In this document: piece after piece, positions 29,501 to 38,700 of the stretch
Numbering within the stretch: position 1 is the first letter of the stretch
Layout of the letters: every line of letters begins with the position of its first letter
IMG/VR virus record: IMGVR_UViG_3300020365_000024
Location: 1-49,182 of that record
Reading direction: 5' to 3' (one strand)
DNA length: 49,182 bases
Source: a virus
Taxonomy: Duplodnaviria; Caudoviricetes
Translations under genes and position numbers: made by a program
The notes under the pieces: generated by a model
What the model saw: the letters and a program-made list of their open reading frames with translations, nothing else
The model's database searches: none
Told to the model about the DNA's origin: nothing

Positions 29501-31133
29501 ATGAATTTCCGCTAAGATATGTAAAAGATCTCGTTTTACCAATTCCAATCTTAGGAGTTGTGACTATTTCTGCCGACATCGCAGTTCCCGTGACTGATCC
29601 ACCGGCCAGCTGCATAGTCCCACCAATAAAAAATGCGCCACTACCAGTGGTGCGTTTACACACCATAACAGCTTTGTCCTGTGATTCGTTAATGTGATAA
29701 GCAAAAACAGTGCCAGTTTGACCTGATAAACTCCAATCCGTGCTGCCGCCGCCAGCAGTTACTGGGTTTGTAGTTGAAGAGAGATTTGAAAGTGTGAAAA
29801 CAAAATATTTGTCAGTTTCTGGTGGAGTAGCACTAAGATTTTTTGTGGTATCACCAAATTCAGTATCTGTATGTCTGTCATACAAGATTACCTCTTGATT
29901 TGCATTTGTACTAACAAGACCCAAACCAGTAACATTTTCTGATCTACTTTCAACATCGGGGAATGAACGTAAATTCTTTACCGTATAATTAGATCCTTCT
30001 GACGCACTAATTGAATTATTTTCTTGTGTTTGTGTATCTCTAGCTTTATCAATTTGAATATATCTAGTTGAGGTTGTTTCAATTTCATATCCTTTGACAT
30101 ATGCCTTGCCTGGCTCAATAACTGCTACGAATTTATCAGCAGAACCTCCTTGACTGGCAGTATACACACCATTATTATTAATACTTGCGAGACTCTCTTT
30201 AAGACTAAGTAAAAACTCTCTGACTACATAATCTCCAGACTCATCGAATGTTCTTCTTGCAAGAATATCTTCGATAAGACCATTGGTATTAGATACTTCT
30301 ACAGTTGCAGTAGCAATACCATTTCTAATTTGGAGTAACTGAACAAAATCTCTTTGATCAGGTGCATCAATTGGCCTTGAAACTAATGTAAGTCCAATCT
30401 TGAGTCTATGTGCTCCAGGAGCAGCGAAGTTAGAATATCCCTGTGCGTTATCAAGAAGTGAAAGATCTTCCTCGGGAGTTGTCAGTTGTTCAGATACAAT
30501 GAAACCAACTTTATAAGTTGGAGTATTATTATATTTTTCGAGAATAATTGTCTGTGAATCGGTCTTAACTAAAGACCCATTAATAAAATATATACCTTCG
30601 TTTACAGTAACTGCCGTACCAAACCCCATCGCATTGGAGGTAGTTGGTTTCACATTTCCACTAACTCCAACAATTGCTGTGGGAGATCCAGGAGAACTAG
30701 CAGTAATTGTCTCTCCTTCTGAAAAAGTTAATGCAGTATTAGTTGTTCCAGAACTTTCGTACTTGACGAATAACGTTGCACTATCAGTTGTTGTCGATTC
30801 AACAGCATTAACAACAGTAGCGACAATACCAGAACTATTGCCAGTCATCTTTTTACCGATGTAATCGGTAATTAACAAATTGTTTGTAAAAGAACTGACC
30901 TTTACATAATTATATTGCCTGTCTACAATAAGTTCCCCAGGTACTACAATAGAACCTTGCTTGAAATTTGACTTAGCAAGACTTTCTACTTGATTTTGTA
31001 AAATTGATTGCAGCGTAGTGAGTTCTCTAGATTGGATAGAATATCCAGGTCTGAAGAGAACTCTGTAAAATTCGCTGTTGGGATCAAAATCGTCAAAATA
31101 AGGAGCTTTATTTAAGTTAGTACTCTGGGGCAT
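23541..31133 (-). CDS. Large virion structural protein, DUF4815 / VrlC-like (2530 aa)
   Basis: N-terminal NLN..PYFDDFD....YRVLFRPG..IQ.RELT.LQSILQNQ, APGA.RLKI, RRFTMRDIGKLE.RI..LEYYT.LSLLE and RFKNG.LVDNF; position directly after gp8. Confidence 0.88.
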   Translation of the reverse strand: MPQSTNLNKAPYFDDFDPNSEFYRVLFRPGYSIQSRELTTLQSILQNQVESLAKSNFKQGSIVVPGELIVDRQYNYVKVSSFTNNLLITDYIGKKMTGNSSGIVATVVNAVESTTTDSATLFVKYESSGTTNTALTFSEGETITASSPGSPTAIVGVSGNVKPTTSNAMGFGTAVTVNEGIYFINGSLVKTDSQTIILEKYNNTPTYKVGFIVSEQLTTPEEDLSLLDNAQGYSNFAAPGAHRLKIGLTLVSRPIDAPDQRDFVQLLQIRNGIATATVEVSNTNGLIEDILARRTFDESGDYVVREFLLSLKESLASINNNGVYTASQGGSADKFVAVIEPGKAYVKGYEIETTSTRYIQIDKARDTQTQENNSISASEGSNYTVKNLRSFPDVESRSENVTGLGLVSTNANQEVILYDRHTDTEFGDTTKNLSATPPETDKYFVFTLSNLSSTTNPVTAGGGSTDWSLSGQTGTVFAYHINESQDKAVMVCKRTTGSGAFFIGGTMQLAGGSVTGTAMSAEIVTTPKIGIGKTRSFTYLSGNSSNGAYNKDCLFRHGLFGLEYFVRIKCKDPVNFTEGKFITGQTSGARGIVEDIDTGDKELILSRVLGEFVEGETLVSEQDGASTPFNFVETEGTISEFKIQNFGSSYNTAADITAININGVNQLTAIGTSNITVTSNELRVITLSDEARETIGKFNTAPEIEIVGAGTGAVVTPVMNYKNIVTYNSSFVKSFYGTTTSNAFAGDIASVESSFAIAGGATFSASEGDYFITADNLGTRPDLDLVDGDIISVIDNGGRNRKYIVKFACIDGTATTARIFVYGEVLSTFTTKSIQRKRSKLSGVASNTLLYPLPNKNVKTQVLDPNNTNINYTVAREFLGNFDSNSLATVSVGTNEQFLAYSAGDYVMSNPTNGNLLDISGKVTVGANGSSINIDMSSFTGFANTPFKLIAPVRKTDTSPKTKVLKSDVESSIATGVGDPVIPLEYADGYQLKAVYMSSTTQPATNADVEITDRFTFDGGQRDTHYDLARLILKPGEIAPTNQLLVVYDYFDHIGGIGTGNAGSGYFTVDSYTGIDYADIPNFDSSVYGKISLRDVVDFRPRVSDYTGVSTATVLPGYSDAKTIDALKFNGTGSSSAPLPISGTAFDSSYEFYLNRIDSIYISKSGKFVVAKGTPSLNPQVPEEISDGILLYHVNIPAYTYKLSDITTKSFDNRRFTMRDIGKLEKRIEKLEYYTVLSLLEQDTFNTQVRDEFGNDRFKNGILVDNFEGHGVGNSSSIDYKCSIDTQTGVLRPSFASSQTKLEESNITDSQRTASGYTKSDDLITLPFTEQSTVENKYSTKTITLNKGKTSKYSGMMTLDPDIDEWKDTTSSPELIVNENSVFDVIKNDNNVWGSLWNEWQISWTGTPTYTLNNSTNTTSSQFAGDPNLVIKGKTRTRSRNGTQNRLTPYGASSADKGQRVVSKPYVPYIRTKLVKFVAKGLEPDTQLYAFFDGISVSSWVNPDDVTSTTTPFTGKAGYAEKGFGEKIVTDSKGNISGFFLIPNGFAPRKGRKTLDLTNSPNSFYDNASTKRSFVAGTKSLRLSSSSTNSSNSGNVVTFAEAVYTVSGLPDTSTTSIQSTRVPYINRRSTTNSDTVQYVGSSLVNVNQTGLLDPVAQTFKVSGFDGGMFASSVDLYFKTKQTPSDTDTDRPVTVYLVDTNGGLPTRNVVPFSESTLESDTQLRIKINTNVPAGETIKKGETIKGTTSGASGTVKADLTVTATDTRYNLILSNHNGKEFIPGEAFTVDRAPAISTTTFNIDEDSGVVDRIKVTSFGSGYDSTTTSVNVFGENGGTFGENATATAKIYNGKIYEVELSNRGSNYYTAPNVTINGGDGQATATAFIRMTNPAVRMGISTSSDGNTKTRFRFPSPVYLQNDLTYAFVVTSSSPDYEIYSAKIGDKLTGSSVIASAQSNVGSLFKSQNSTAWSEDSAEAIKFNVNRCLFETNSTASIEFKNEDLDFADLPDNPITVDNTDGSSALFGTNQKVLRINHPNHGMKEGDFVIIKNASGSGANNSIYGIPVTLINGFHSVQNVGLDDYCIMIDSTLWNAANVNMTGSGSGGGSTVIATTNKLYQIATPQVAMLTFPSSTVSQNIKTAYGRPIDFPETQDAKEYQISPTFNVSPNDNYYFEESRIIASSVNEVYRNQPSLLNGNKSVTYTISMSTDQDNLSPVLDVNRCNLITAATRMDNPKGNEKRFGAISQTLVLPTTSDFTVSTVSPDTVEAGQFTVTGVSGGSFINTVDSASRLTQSGSGASAQIVNVNGDILELIDITGTFVDGQDVSQGAVSATLAGITIKTGIVIGWDSGTGNLKVKLITDNLFSVNDRIDDTNAGTSPVTARLISGVSKSNGFLYVDETTFNSSSASKYITKEVSLDSPATSLDCKLTANLFSNENVKVLFKIRPDGSSDNFTDIGWQYFNGTGLSDFNSSITPEQGKSLSPSVEDMNSYLEYVYTANNLKPFSAFAIKIVFTGNNPALAPRIEDLRVIAHS

Positions 31134-31175
31134 ATTACTAGACTAGAATGTTGTTTTGATCTTATATGATATATA

Positions 31176-32747
31176 TCAGAATTCTACGACCAGTTTTACG
31201 TCTTCAATCTGATCAATTGAACGAGAAACTGTTCTTCTGTTTTCAACATAAATGATATCACCAGTATACTTCTTAATTTCAGTATCAGCGTAACCGTTAG
31301 TGAAAGTTAGATTAGAAGTTGTAAGACTATAAGTCGTTTCTGGAGTCTCAACTGATCCAGAATCTGCACCTGTAATTGCATTACCGCCCGAGAAGGCAGG
31401 AAGATCTCCTTTGGTATCACCATCAATAATGTGCTCATAAGAACTCTGATAGAGTTTCAAAATCTTGGTGCTTGAATCCCATGAGACAACTTTGCCTTTG
31501 GCATTTGTAGTTGCTTGAGTTACAATTTCATCAATATTGAATGATGCAACTGTTGCTGAAGGAAATTTAACTGCTACAAGGGCATTATATGTAGAAGCTG
31601 TTGCAAGTCCACCACCTGTTTGTTCTGGGTCGCGAAGAACACCAATTCTTCTGAAATCAGTGTCAACTGGGAACTCAAGGTTCTCGTCATACTGAACTCT
31701 GGAGTTAATCATGACACGCTTAGTGCCAAGTTCTTTATTGATGTTATATCCATGTCCACCTGAAGGAGGAACGACTACTTCCAGAACAGCAGTGGTTCCA
31801 GGAGCACCAATACCAGAAATTTCAGTGGCATTGACATTGATATAACCGTAAGTATATCCAGAACCAGGAGTTGTGACTGTTACCTCACTGACAGCACCAC
31901 TAGTAACTTTGACTGTGGCAAGTGCTTGAGTTCCACCATTTTTTGCCCAATCTCCACGAATGGGAACATTAGTGTATCCAGTGACATTATTGTCAGTATA
32001 TCCAGTACCACCATTATTAATAATTACGGTGTCGATAGCACCATCAACTGCTGCTGCTTTTACATCAACACCATTAGTAGGATCGCCAGCGGATCCCACA
32101 CCCCATGCAGCAGGAACAGGAATGTAAGAAGTAGTAAAGAACTTGATTACATCATCTGTACCAATGCTATAAAGGAACTTCCATCTATAACCATCAGCAG
32201 TGCTAAAGATGGTTGTTCCAGTTCCACTAGGTGCAACTGTAGAAGCAGTTCCGTTGGGGTTGGCAGGAGAAGAACCGTTGTAGATACACTTATAAACCTT
32301 GTAATCACTTACAACATAATATTTGCCGCTATACAGGTGAGGAGCATTTTCTCCTGCTGAATTTGCTTTGAAATCAGCACTATAGTTAGAACGATACATG
32401 GAGTATGTAACTCCAGATGTCCAATTGTGTCTGGGGACTACTAATCTTACATCTGATGATTGAATTCTCTTGAGAGAAATCATGTCATCAAAGATTTCCT
32501 TCTCGTAGTTGAAGCTATCAATTGGAGTGGGAGGATTGTTTTCGTTTGGAGCAGCAAGATATGATCCACTATGCTGACTACCTGCAGGTTGACCAACATA
32601 TGAGAGAGCGCCAGCTACAGCAGCGGTGTCCCAAGTTTGGGGTCTACCCATGAAGAAGTACATATTAGTGGCAGCCGTCTCAGAAAATGCTTCCTCAAAC
32701 TGTTGAGCATTATGAATCCTAAATTGTTCAGAAATTAAAGCTGGCAT
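31176..32747 (-). CDS. gp8: Baseplate wedge subunit gp8
   Basis: Y.F.GRPQ.W...P.P.D...MI..KRI...VVPR.NW..G..Y...VYKCI.NG...DGY.WK.LY and C-terminal GDIIY.ENR....R...Q.ED.K.V.EF. Confidence 0.93.
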   Translation of the reverse strand: MPALISEQFRIHNAQQFEEAFSETAATNMYFFMGRPQTWDTAAVAGALSYVGQPAGSQHSGSYLAAPNENNPPTPIDSFNYEKEIFDDMISLKRIQSSDVRLVVPRHNWTSGVTYSMYRSNYSADFKANSAGENAPHLYSGKYYVVSDYKVYKCIYNGSSPANPNGTASTVAPSGTGTTIFSTADGYRWKFLYSIGTDDVIKFFTTSYIPVPAAWGVGSAGDPTNGVDVKAAAVDGAIDTVIINNGGTGYTDNNVTGYTNVPIRGDWAKNGGTQALATVKVTSGAVSEVTVTTPGSGYTYGYINVNATEISGIGAPGTTAVLEVVVPPSGGHGYNINKELGTKRVMINSRVQYDENLEFPVDTDFRRIGVLRDPEQTGGGLATASTYNALVAVKFPSATVASFNIDEIVTQATTNAKGKVVSWDSSTKILKLYQSSYEHIIDGDTKGDLPAFSGGNAITGADSGSVETPETTYSLTTSNLTFTNGYADTEIKKYTGDIIYVENRRTVSRSIDQIEDVKLVVEF

Positions 32748-32778
32748 TTCTATAAGTGGTTTACGGTTTTCCTTGTGT

Positions 32779-32786
32779 TATTTATA
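32779..32786 (-). promoter_or_regulatory. T4-type late promoter for gp8
   Basis: Exact TATAAATA in the gp7-gp8 gap. Confidence 0.85.
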
Positions 32787-32790
32787 TTTA

Positions 32791-35700
32791 TCACCCTCGC
32801 CAAGCGAGTCTTAAATAATCACCATCTGCGTGTGCAGTTGCTGTTGTAGACTTAGAACCTCTGACAACTGTGAAGTCTTGACCAGAGATTGATGTATATT
32901 CCATAATCTCATCACCAAATTCTAAATATCCCGAAGGTGGGAAGTTGGAAACATCACCAGTTACTGTAACAGTAGTAACTGTGTCATTGATAGCACCATT
33001 GAGTGTGAGACCGTATGAAACATAGGCATCTGTTGGAATGTTGATAATAACACCACCAGCAGAACCGTATGCAACGCCTGCGTGCGTAGTAAAGTCTCCA
33101 ATCGTAATATTTGGAGCATAACGAGTCATATGCTCAATTGTGACTCCAGTTCCAAGGTAATTTGCAAGAGGATCATTAAGTTCTTGTGGTTCAAACTGGA
33201 ACTTAATTTGATCAAATGTATTCAAGTTGTGTGCAAGTCCAGGTTCATTAGTTCTGTCTGCATTATGAAGTTGAGTTTGAACATGAGTAGTTCTTTCTGC
33301 ACTGATCTGCGAAACAACCAGAGGACGAAGATCTTCAACTTCACTCTGATCAACTACACCGAATCCAAGACCAGCGTTACCACCTTCAGCAGTGTAGTCA
33401 ACAACAATATCTTTTTTGAAGAACAATGGTGTATGTGGTCTAACAATTTCATACTTTTTAGCAAAAATCAATTCAGGGGCAGCAGTATAACCAGATCCAG
33501 GATTTGTAATTACAACATTAGTTACTTTACCGTTAGTAATTTCAGCATATGCTTCAGCACCCGTTCCAGGATTATCACAGGTAACTTTAAATAGAACTTC
33601 TGGAGCAACATCATACTCAAGACCAGGGTTTGTAATGTTAACACCAGTGACTTGATAATCAAATACTGGAGGAATACCCATAGTATCACTAATACCCACA
33701 GTATTTTCAATACCAACAGTGTTGCCGTCAGACACAGTTACACCAGTTACGACTGCATTAGCAACAGCATTTTTACCACGAATATATGCGTTATCAGTAT
33801 ATACAAATGCGGTGTAAAGCAAATTGTCAGTATTTTCAAGTGCCTTCTCATCAATTCTGATAATTTCTTTTGGTGTTTCACCATCAATCTTGATAAGATC
33901 CCCTGGTTGAATAATATCACCTGTATTTGCTACCTTATTAAGATAGCGACATCCGTCTGGACTATTACGTCCAATGTATTCAAGATTCTCAAATACATTG
34001 CCATTCCAGATAGAAATTGTTTTGTCAAATGTCTTCCCATAGAAATAGAGACAATGACAATTCTTTCCTACTTGAGGTGCTTCCTTAAAAGTAAGGACGT
34101 TATCAGTAATATTATATGAAACTCCTTCTGACTGAGGAACACCATCAAGTAATACTAAAATTTGATGTACATCAGGAGGAATAATATTATCATCACCAAA
34201 CTGCAATTCAAAGGATTTTCTACTACCATCTAAAAGATGTGAGAAGTTATTTAAAATTTTATATTTACTAAAAGTATAACCGAAGAAATGTCTTTCTCTC
34301 TCAAATGCCTCAGTAAATATAATTTGATTTGGATTTACTGATCTATTAATTGTGTAAGATTCGCCATAAATTTGCATGACACCATCAACAAATATCAATA
34401 GATTTTCGTCTGCCTCAGTTACAACATTTGTCCCATTTTTCTTAAGAAGATCATATGTTTTAGTTGTACCATCAAAGAGAATATCTTTGATTTTATAGGA
34501 ATATCTTGCATCATCAGCACCATCAATAAATTTGAAAAATGTTGAATAGAATGTAGTTCCTGTTTTTGGTTTTTCGTAGAATGTTACGCTAGAATTATTA
34601 TATTCATATTGACCTTCTGTATAAAGAGCATTAGTAACATCGGCGGAATCAAGAGTGCCTGATGTTGTAAGGAAATCAGGTAAAATAGTGAAATCTTTAT
34701 TGTACAACTGGTTTGCAATGGCAAGTTTTGCCATATCACGCGCTTTATTGAATGCTGTTGTAGATTCTGCAAGTTCACCTGCAATACCATTGGTAAGCAG
34801 AGCAGTTCCGTCAATATAACGATCTGTGGCATCAAGAATATTAGAGTTACCGCCAGATCTCATATCAGCGATAATTGCATCAACAATAATTCCAAGATCT
34901 CGCTTACACTTACCTTCTCCGAAGGAAGGAACACGCATAGATTCAATCGGGAGTGCCAATGGTGTTACTAGAGATCCCTGATTGAGATATGTAGTTACAA
35001 TGCTAACAAGGTTGTCAATGTTACTTTGAACATCTGCACATGCCCCATTGCTGTTATTTGCAACAGGAGAATTAACAACAGGTCTTACGATTGCATCAGT
35101 CGCTGCTCTAACAAAAGTATGTGAATAATCACCACCAGAGATTACAGCGTCACTGAGAGCAGATACAAATATATGTGTAGAAGTATCAGTGGAACTACCA
35201 ACATTAATTGTAATTGTAGTTGCGGTCTTCGTTACAATGGGAACGGCAGTGTCAAATGTTTTATCCTTTTTCTTCTTCAGACCATCGGCAACAGAGCGAA
35301 CAAATGTATGTGCCGAAGTGTCGGAAGAAACTCCAACCTTAACTTTGAAAGTGTCATAGTAGACATCAAAGATGGGCAACCACTTACCACTCACGGGATC
35401 TGTGGAGCGAGGATAAGCATGTTCAGTTTGATTGTTATCTCTAGCACATGTAAATACCAAAGAATCATCATCAAATTTAATAAAATCACCATTCTCCCAA
35501 CCATGATCTTCTACCGTGACAGTAAGAACACCTGTAGATGGATTATAATCAGCGGTCTCAATTGTTTTACTGAGTATAGTTGTCTTAGGATATGAATGTT
35601 CGGTAGCATAATTATCATATGCACATGTAAACGTTAATGCCTCATCTCTCAGTTTGATTGATGTCCCTGCACGCAGTGAATGTGCGCCGATGTCCATCGT

Positions 35701-38700
35701 AACATCACCAGAAACAGGATCATAAGTTGCACTAGAAACCTGATGATTTACTCTTGGTGATGTACCAACGTTAATCTCAAAAGTATCTGTAGTTACGTTG
35801 GAAACTGCCAAAGATTGCTCATGATTTCCATCAGCAAGTCTTGGATAAGACTTCTCAGCAACATTACCATCCATTGAACATGTCATAGTAATGCCGTTGG
35901 ATTTAATTACAACATCGTCGCCATTGCTGAGTCCGTGATTAGCAATAGTAATTACAGAAATACCTGTATTTGCGTCATAAGTAACGTTTGTTGGTGTTCC
36001 GACAGCGGTTCCCCAATAGTTTGCATTAGCAGCGGTAATTGTAAGATCCTTTACAAGCAACTGATTAACAATTGCTTCCTTCATTAAATCTCTAACTTTT
36101 TCAAATGCGGTGACAGACTGAAGAATTTCACCATCAAGACCATTAGTAGTGAATGATGTTCCAGCAGCGTTGAAGTATTGCTTGAGGAACTTACGAGCAT
36201 AAACGTTACCTCCAGTGTGAACATCCAATGCCATGGCGTCAACAAAAAGTCCAAGATCACGCTTGCACTTCGCTTCGCCAGTTCTATCAGATCCGATAGT
36301 CTCAGTAGGAAGACCAGCAGTAGATCCTGCAGCAATAGCAGCAGTAACAATACCTGTAAGAGTTGTGATCGCAGAGGTTACGTTAGCACACAAAGGAGCA
36401 CCAGCAGGATCAGGAGTGATCGTGCTATCGGTAACTGTCAGTTGATTTGTGAATGCCAGGATCATGTTGTCCTTAGCAGCATTGAAAGCATCATTTGATG
36501 CTAACTCTTCACCAAGTAAACCATTAGTAAGAGGATTGCCCTGATCATCAAAATACTGAAGGGCAAACTTACGAGCATACTCATTACCACCGTTAACAAG
36601 ATCTAGTGATGTATAATCAATGAACAATCCGATGTCACGCTTACACTTGGTCTCCACTGCGGGATCAGCAGTATTTGATCCTGCCTGCATGGTGGTCCAA
36701 GCGTTATCAATAATCTCCTGTCTGTTCTGCTGAATGAGTCTATAAGCGTCCTTAAAGCGATAATCACTCGCGGTTGCGGGATCCCCTGGATAAACGAAAT
36801 CAGGATAGTCTACGGCGATCTGAGCGGCACCTCTGTCAACCAATTCCTTACGGTTGGTCATGATCAGACGGTAAGCATCTCTATATCTGCTATATCCGTT
36901 GGTCTGAGGATCATTAGGATAGTAGAAATCGGGATGCTGTAGAGAAATTTCGGCATTTGCTCTATCAATAATCTCAAACTTATTAGCATTAATTAAGTTG
37001 GCACCATCTCTATGTCTATTGGCACTAACTGGTCCTTTGGTGGGATCTGTCCAAATACCAACATTTCTAATGGGTCGCGTTGCAGATGGATTTGCAGTAT
37101 AATATGTAAGAATTGTTGTTAAATTATCAATTGTTGATTGAACATCAGCACAAACTGCTGGATCATTATTAGTCAGAGTTCCATTGGGGTTATTAATTGT
37201 TGCTCTGAAACTATTTGATGTTGGAACATCATAAATTTCAAATTTGTCATTAAAATTGACATTTGCAACAGAATTTGTTACACCAGAAATATGAACATAC
37301 TTTTGATCAGGATAAGTCGTTCCACTAACAGTAACTGCTAATCCATGGTCACCATCAGTAGTAACAGTCATCATACCAGCGTCATATGAAATGCCAGTGA
37401 TATTTTGTGTTTGATATGGTTCTTGGAATACCTCATTTAAAGCAATCATAACAGATGTGTTTGAAGTATCTGTTGGGAAATTTCCGTCATTAGTAGACAA
37501 TGAAAATACTGCTCTAGCTCCATCAAAGTCAGCAGAAATATCTGCCATCTTTGTGGATTCAATTTGGTTATCTAAGAAGTTCAGTCTAGCAGCGCCAGAT
37601 CCTCCATAAGCTTTGATATTAGCAGTTCTTATTGTTGAAACTTCATATTTTTTAAGTACAATATCAGATTCTACATTGATATCTGGAAGTTGAATGATAA
37701 CTTCATTTGCATTTGCATTGTCAGCAAGACCAATACTAAATGGTTGTCCAGTTACAGTATCTTCAAAATCTACATCATTTTCAACTGCAACTTCGCCAAA
37801 TAATTTAAATCCAAGTGGATGAGTAGTTTCATCAACATATTGCTTATAGTCACTTAAACTTCTTGTACTTCTAATAACATAGGAGAAATCTTGGAAATAG
37901 TTACTATCAGTAATTTTTTGAGAAGATGAACTAATCTTACCAAGATCGGAGTCATAAAAACCGACTTTGCCGATAAAAGAGTTGACTAAACCGACAATAT
38001 CTGGATTAGTTACATATTCAACTGTAGATGTATACTGATTAATTTGACCACTCAATACATCACCTGTTTTTAACTCTCCTCTAACAACAAGAAGATTTAA
38101 TAAATAAATTTCATTTCCAATTAATTTAATTTCCTGAACTTTACCCTCAAATCCACCAGTTGTTGTTACGACTTCTGCTAACTTATAAGTGTTGCTTCCT
38201 AAACCCTTAACAATAACTTTTTTATTGAATAGTAATGATTTACTAAGGGTTCTATCAGAAGTAAATTGACTACCATTATTATTAAACCTAACAGTCTTAA
38301 CTTTACCAATGTCAGTACCTTCAGCGTAAATTTTTGCATCAGTATCCACAGCAGTGATTGTATCAGTCTCTGCATAACCATCCCCAGGATCATCTATTGT
38401 TACTGAAATAATTCTTTCATTGACAATAACAGGCGTTAATTTTGCACCAGATCCAGTAGTAGTATTGATGAATATTTTAGTTGATGCGGAATATCTAGAT
38501 CCACCGTTTAACACGATAACAGAAGAGACCGATCCAGAAATTAATGTCAATTCACCTCTAAAATCATCTAATAAACTATGCGTAACTCCTTCAATTTTAG
38601 GAAGTTTTTTATATCCCTCACCACCATCAATTACAGAAATACTTGAGATTGATCCAGTTGATGTCAATGATGTAGTTTTATATGAAACTAAGTTTAACCA

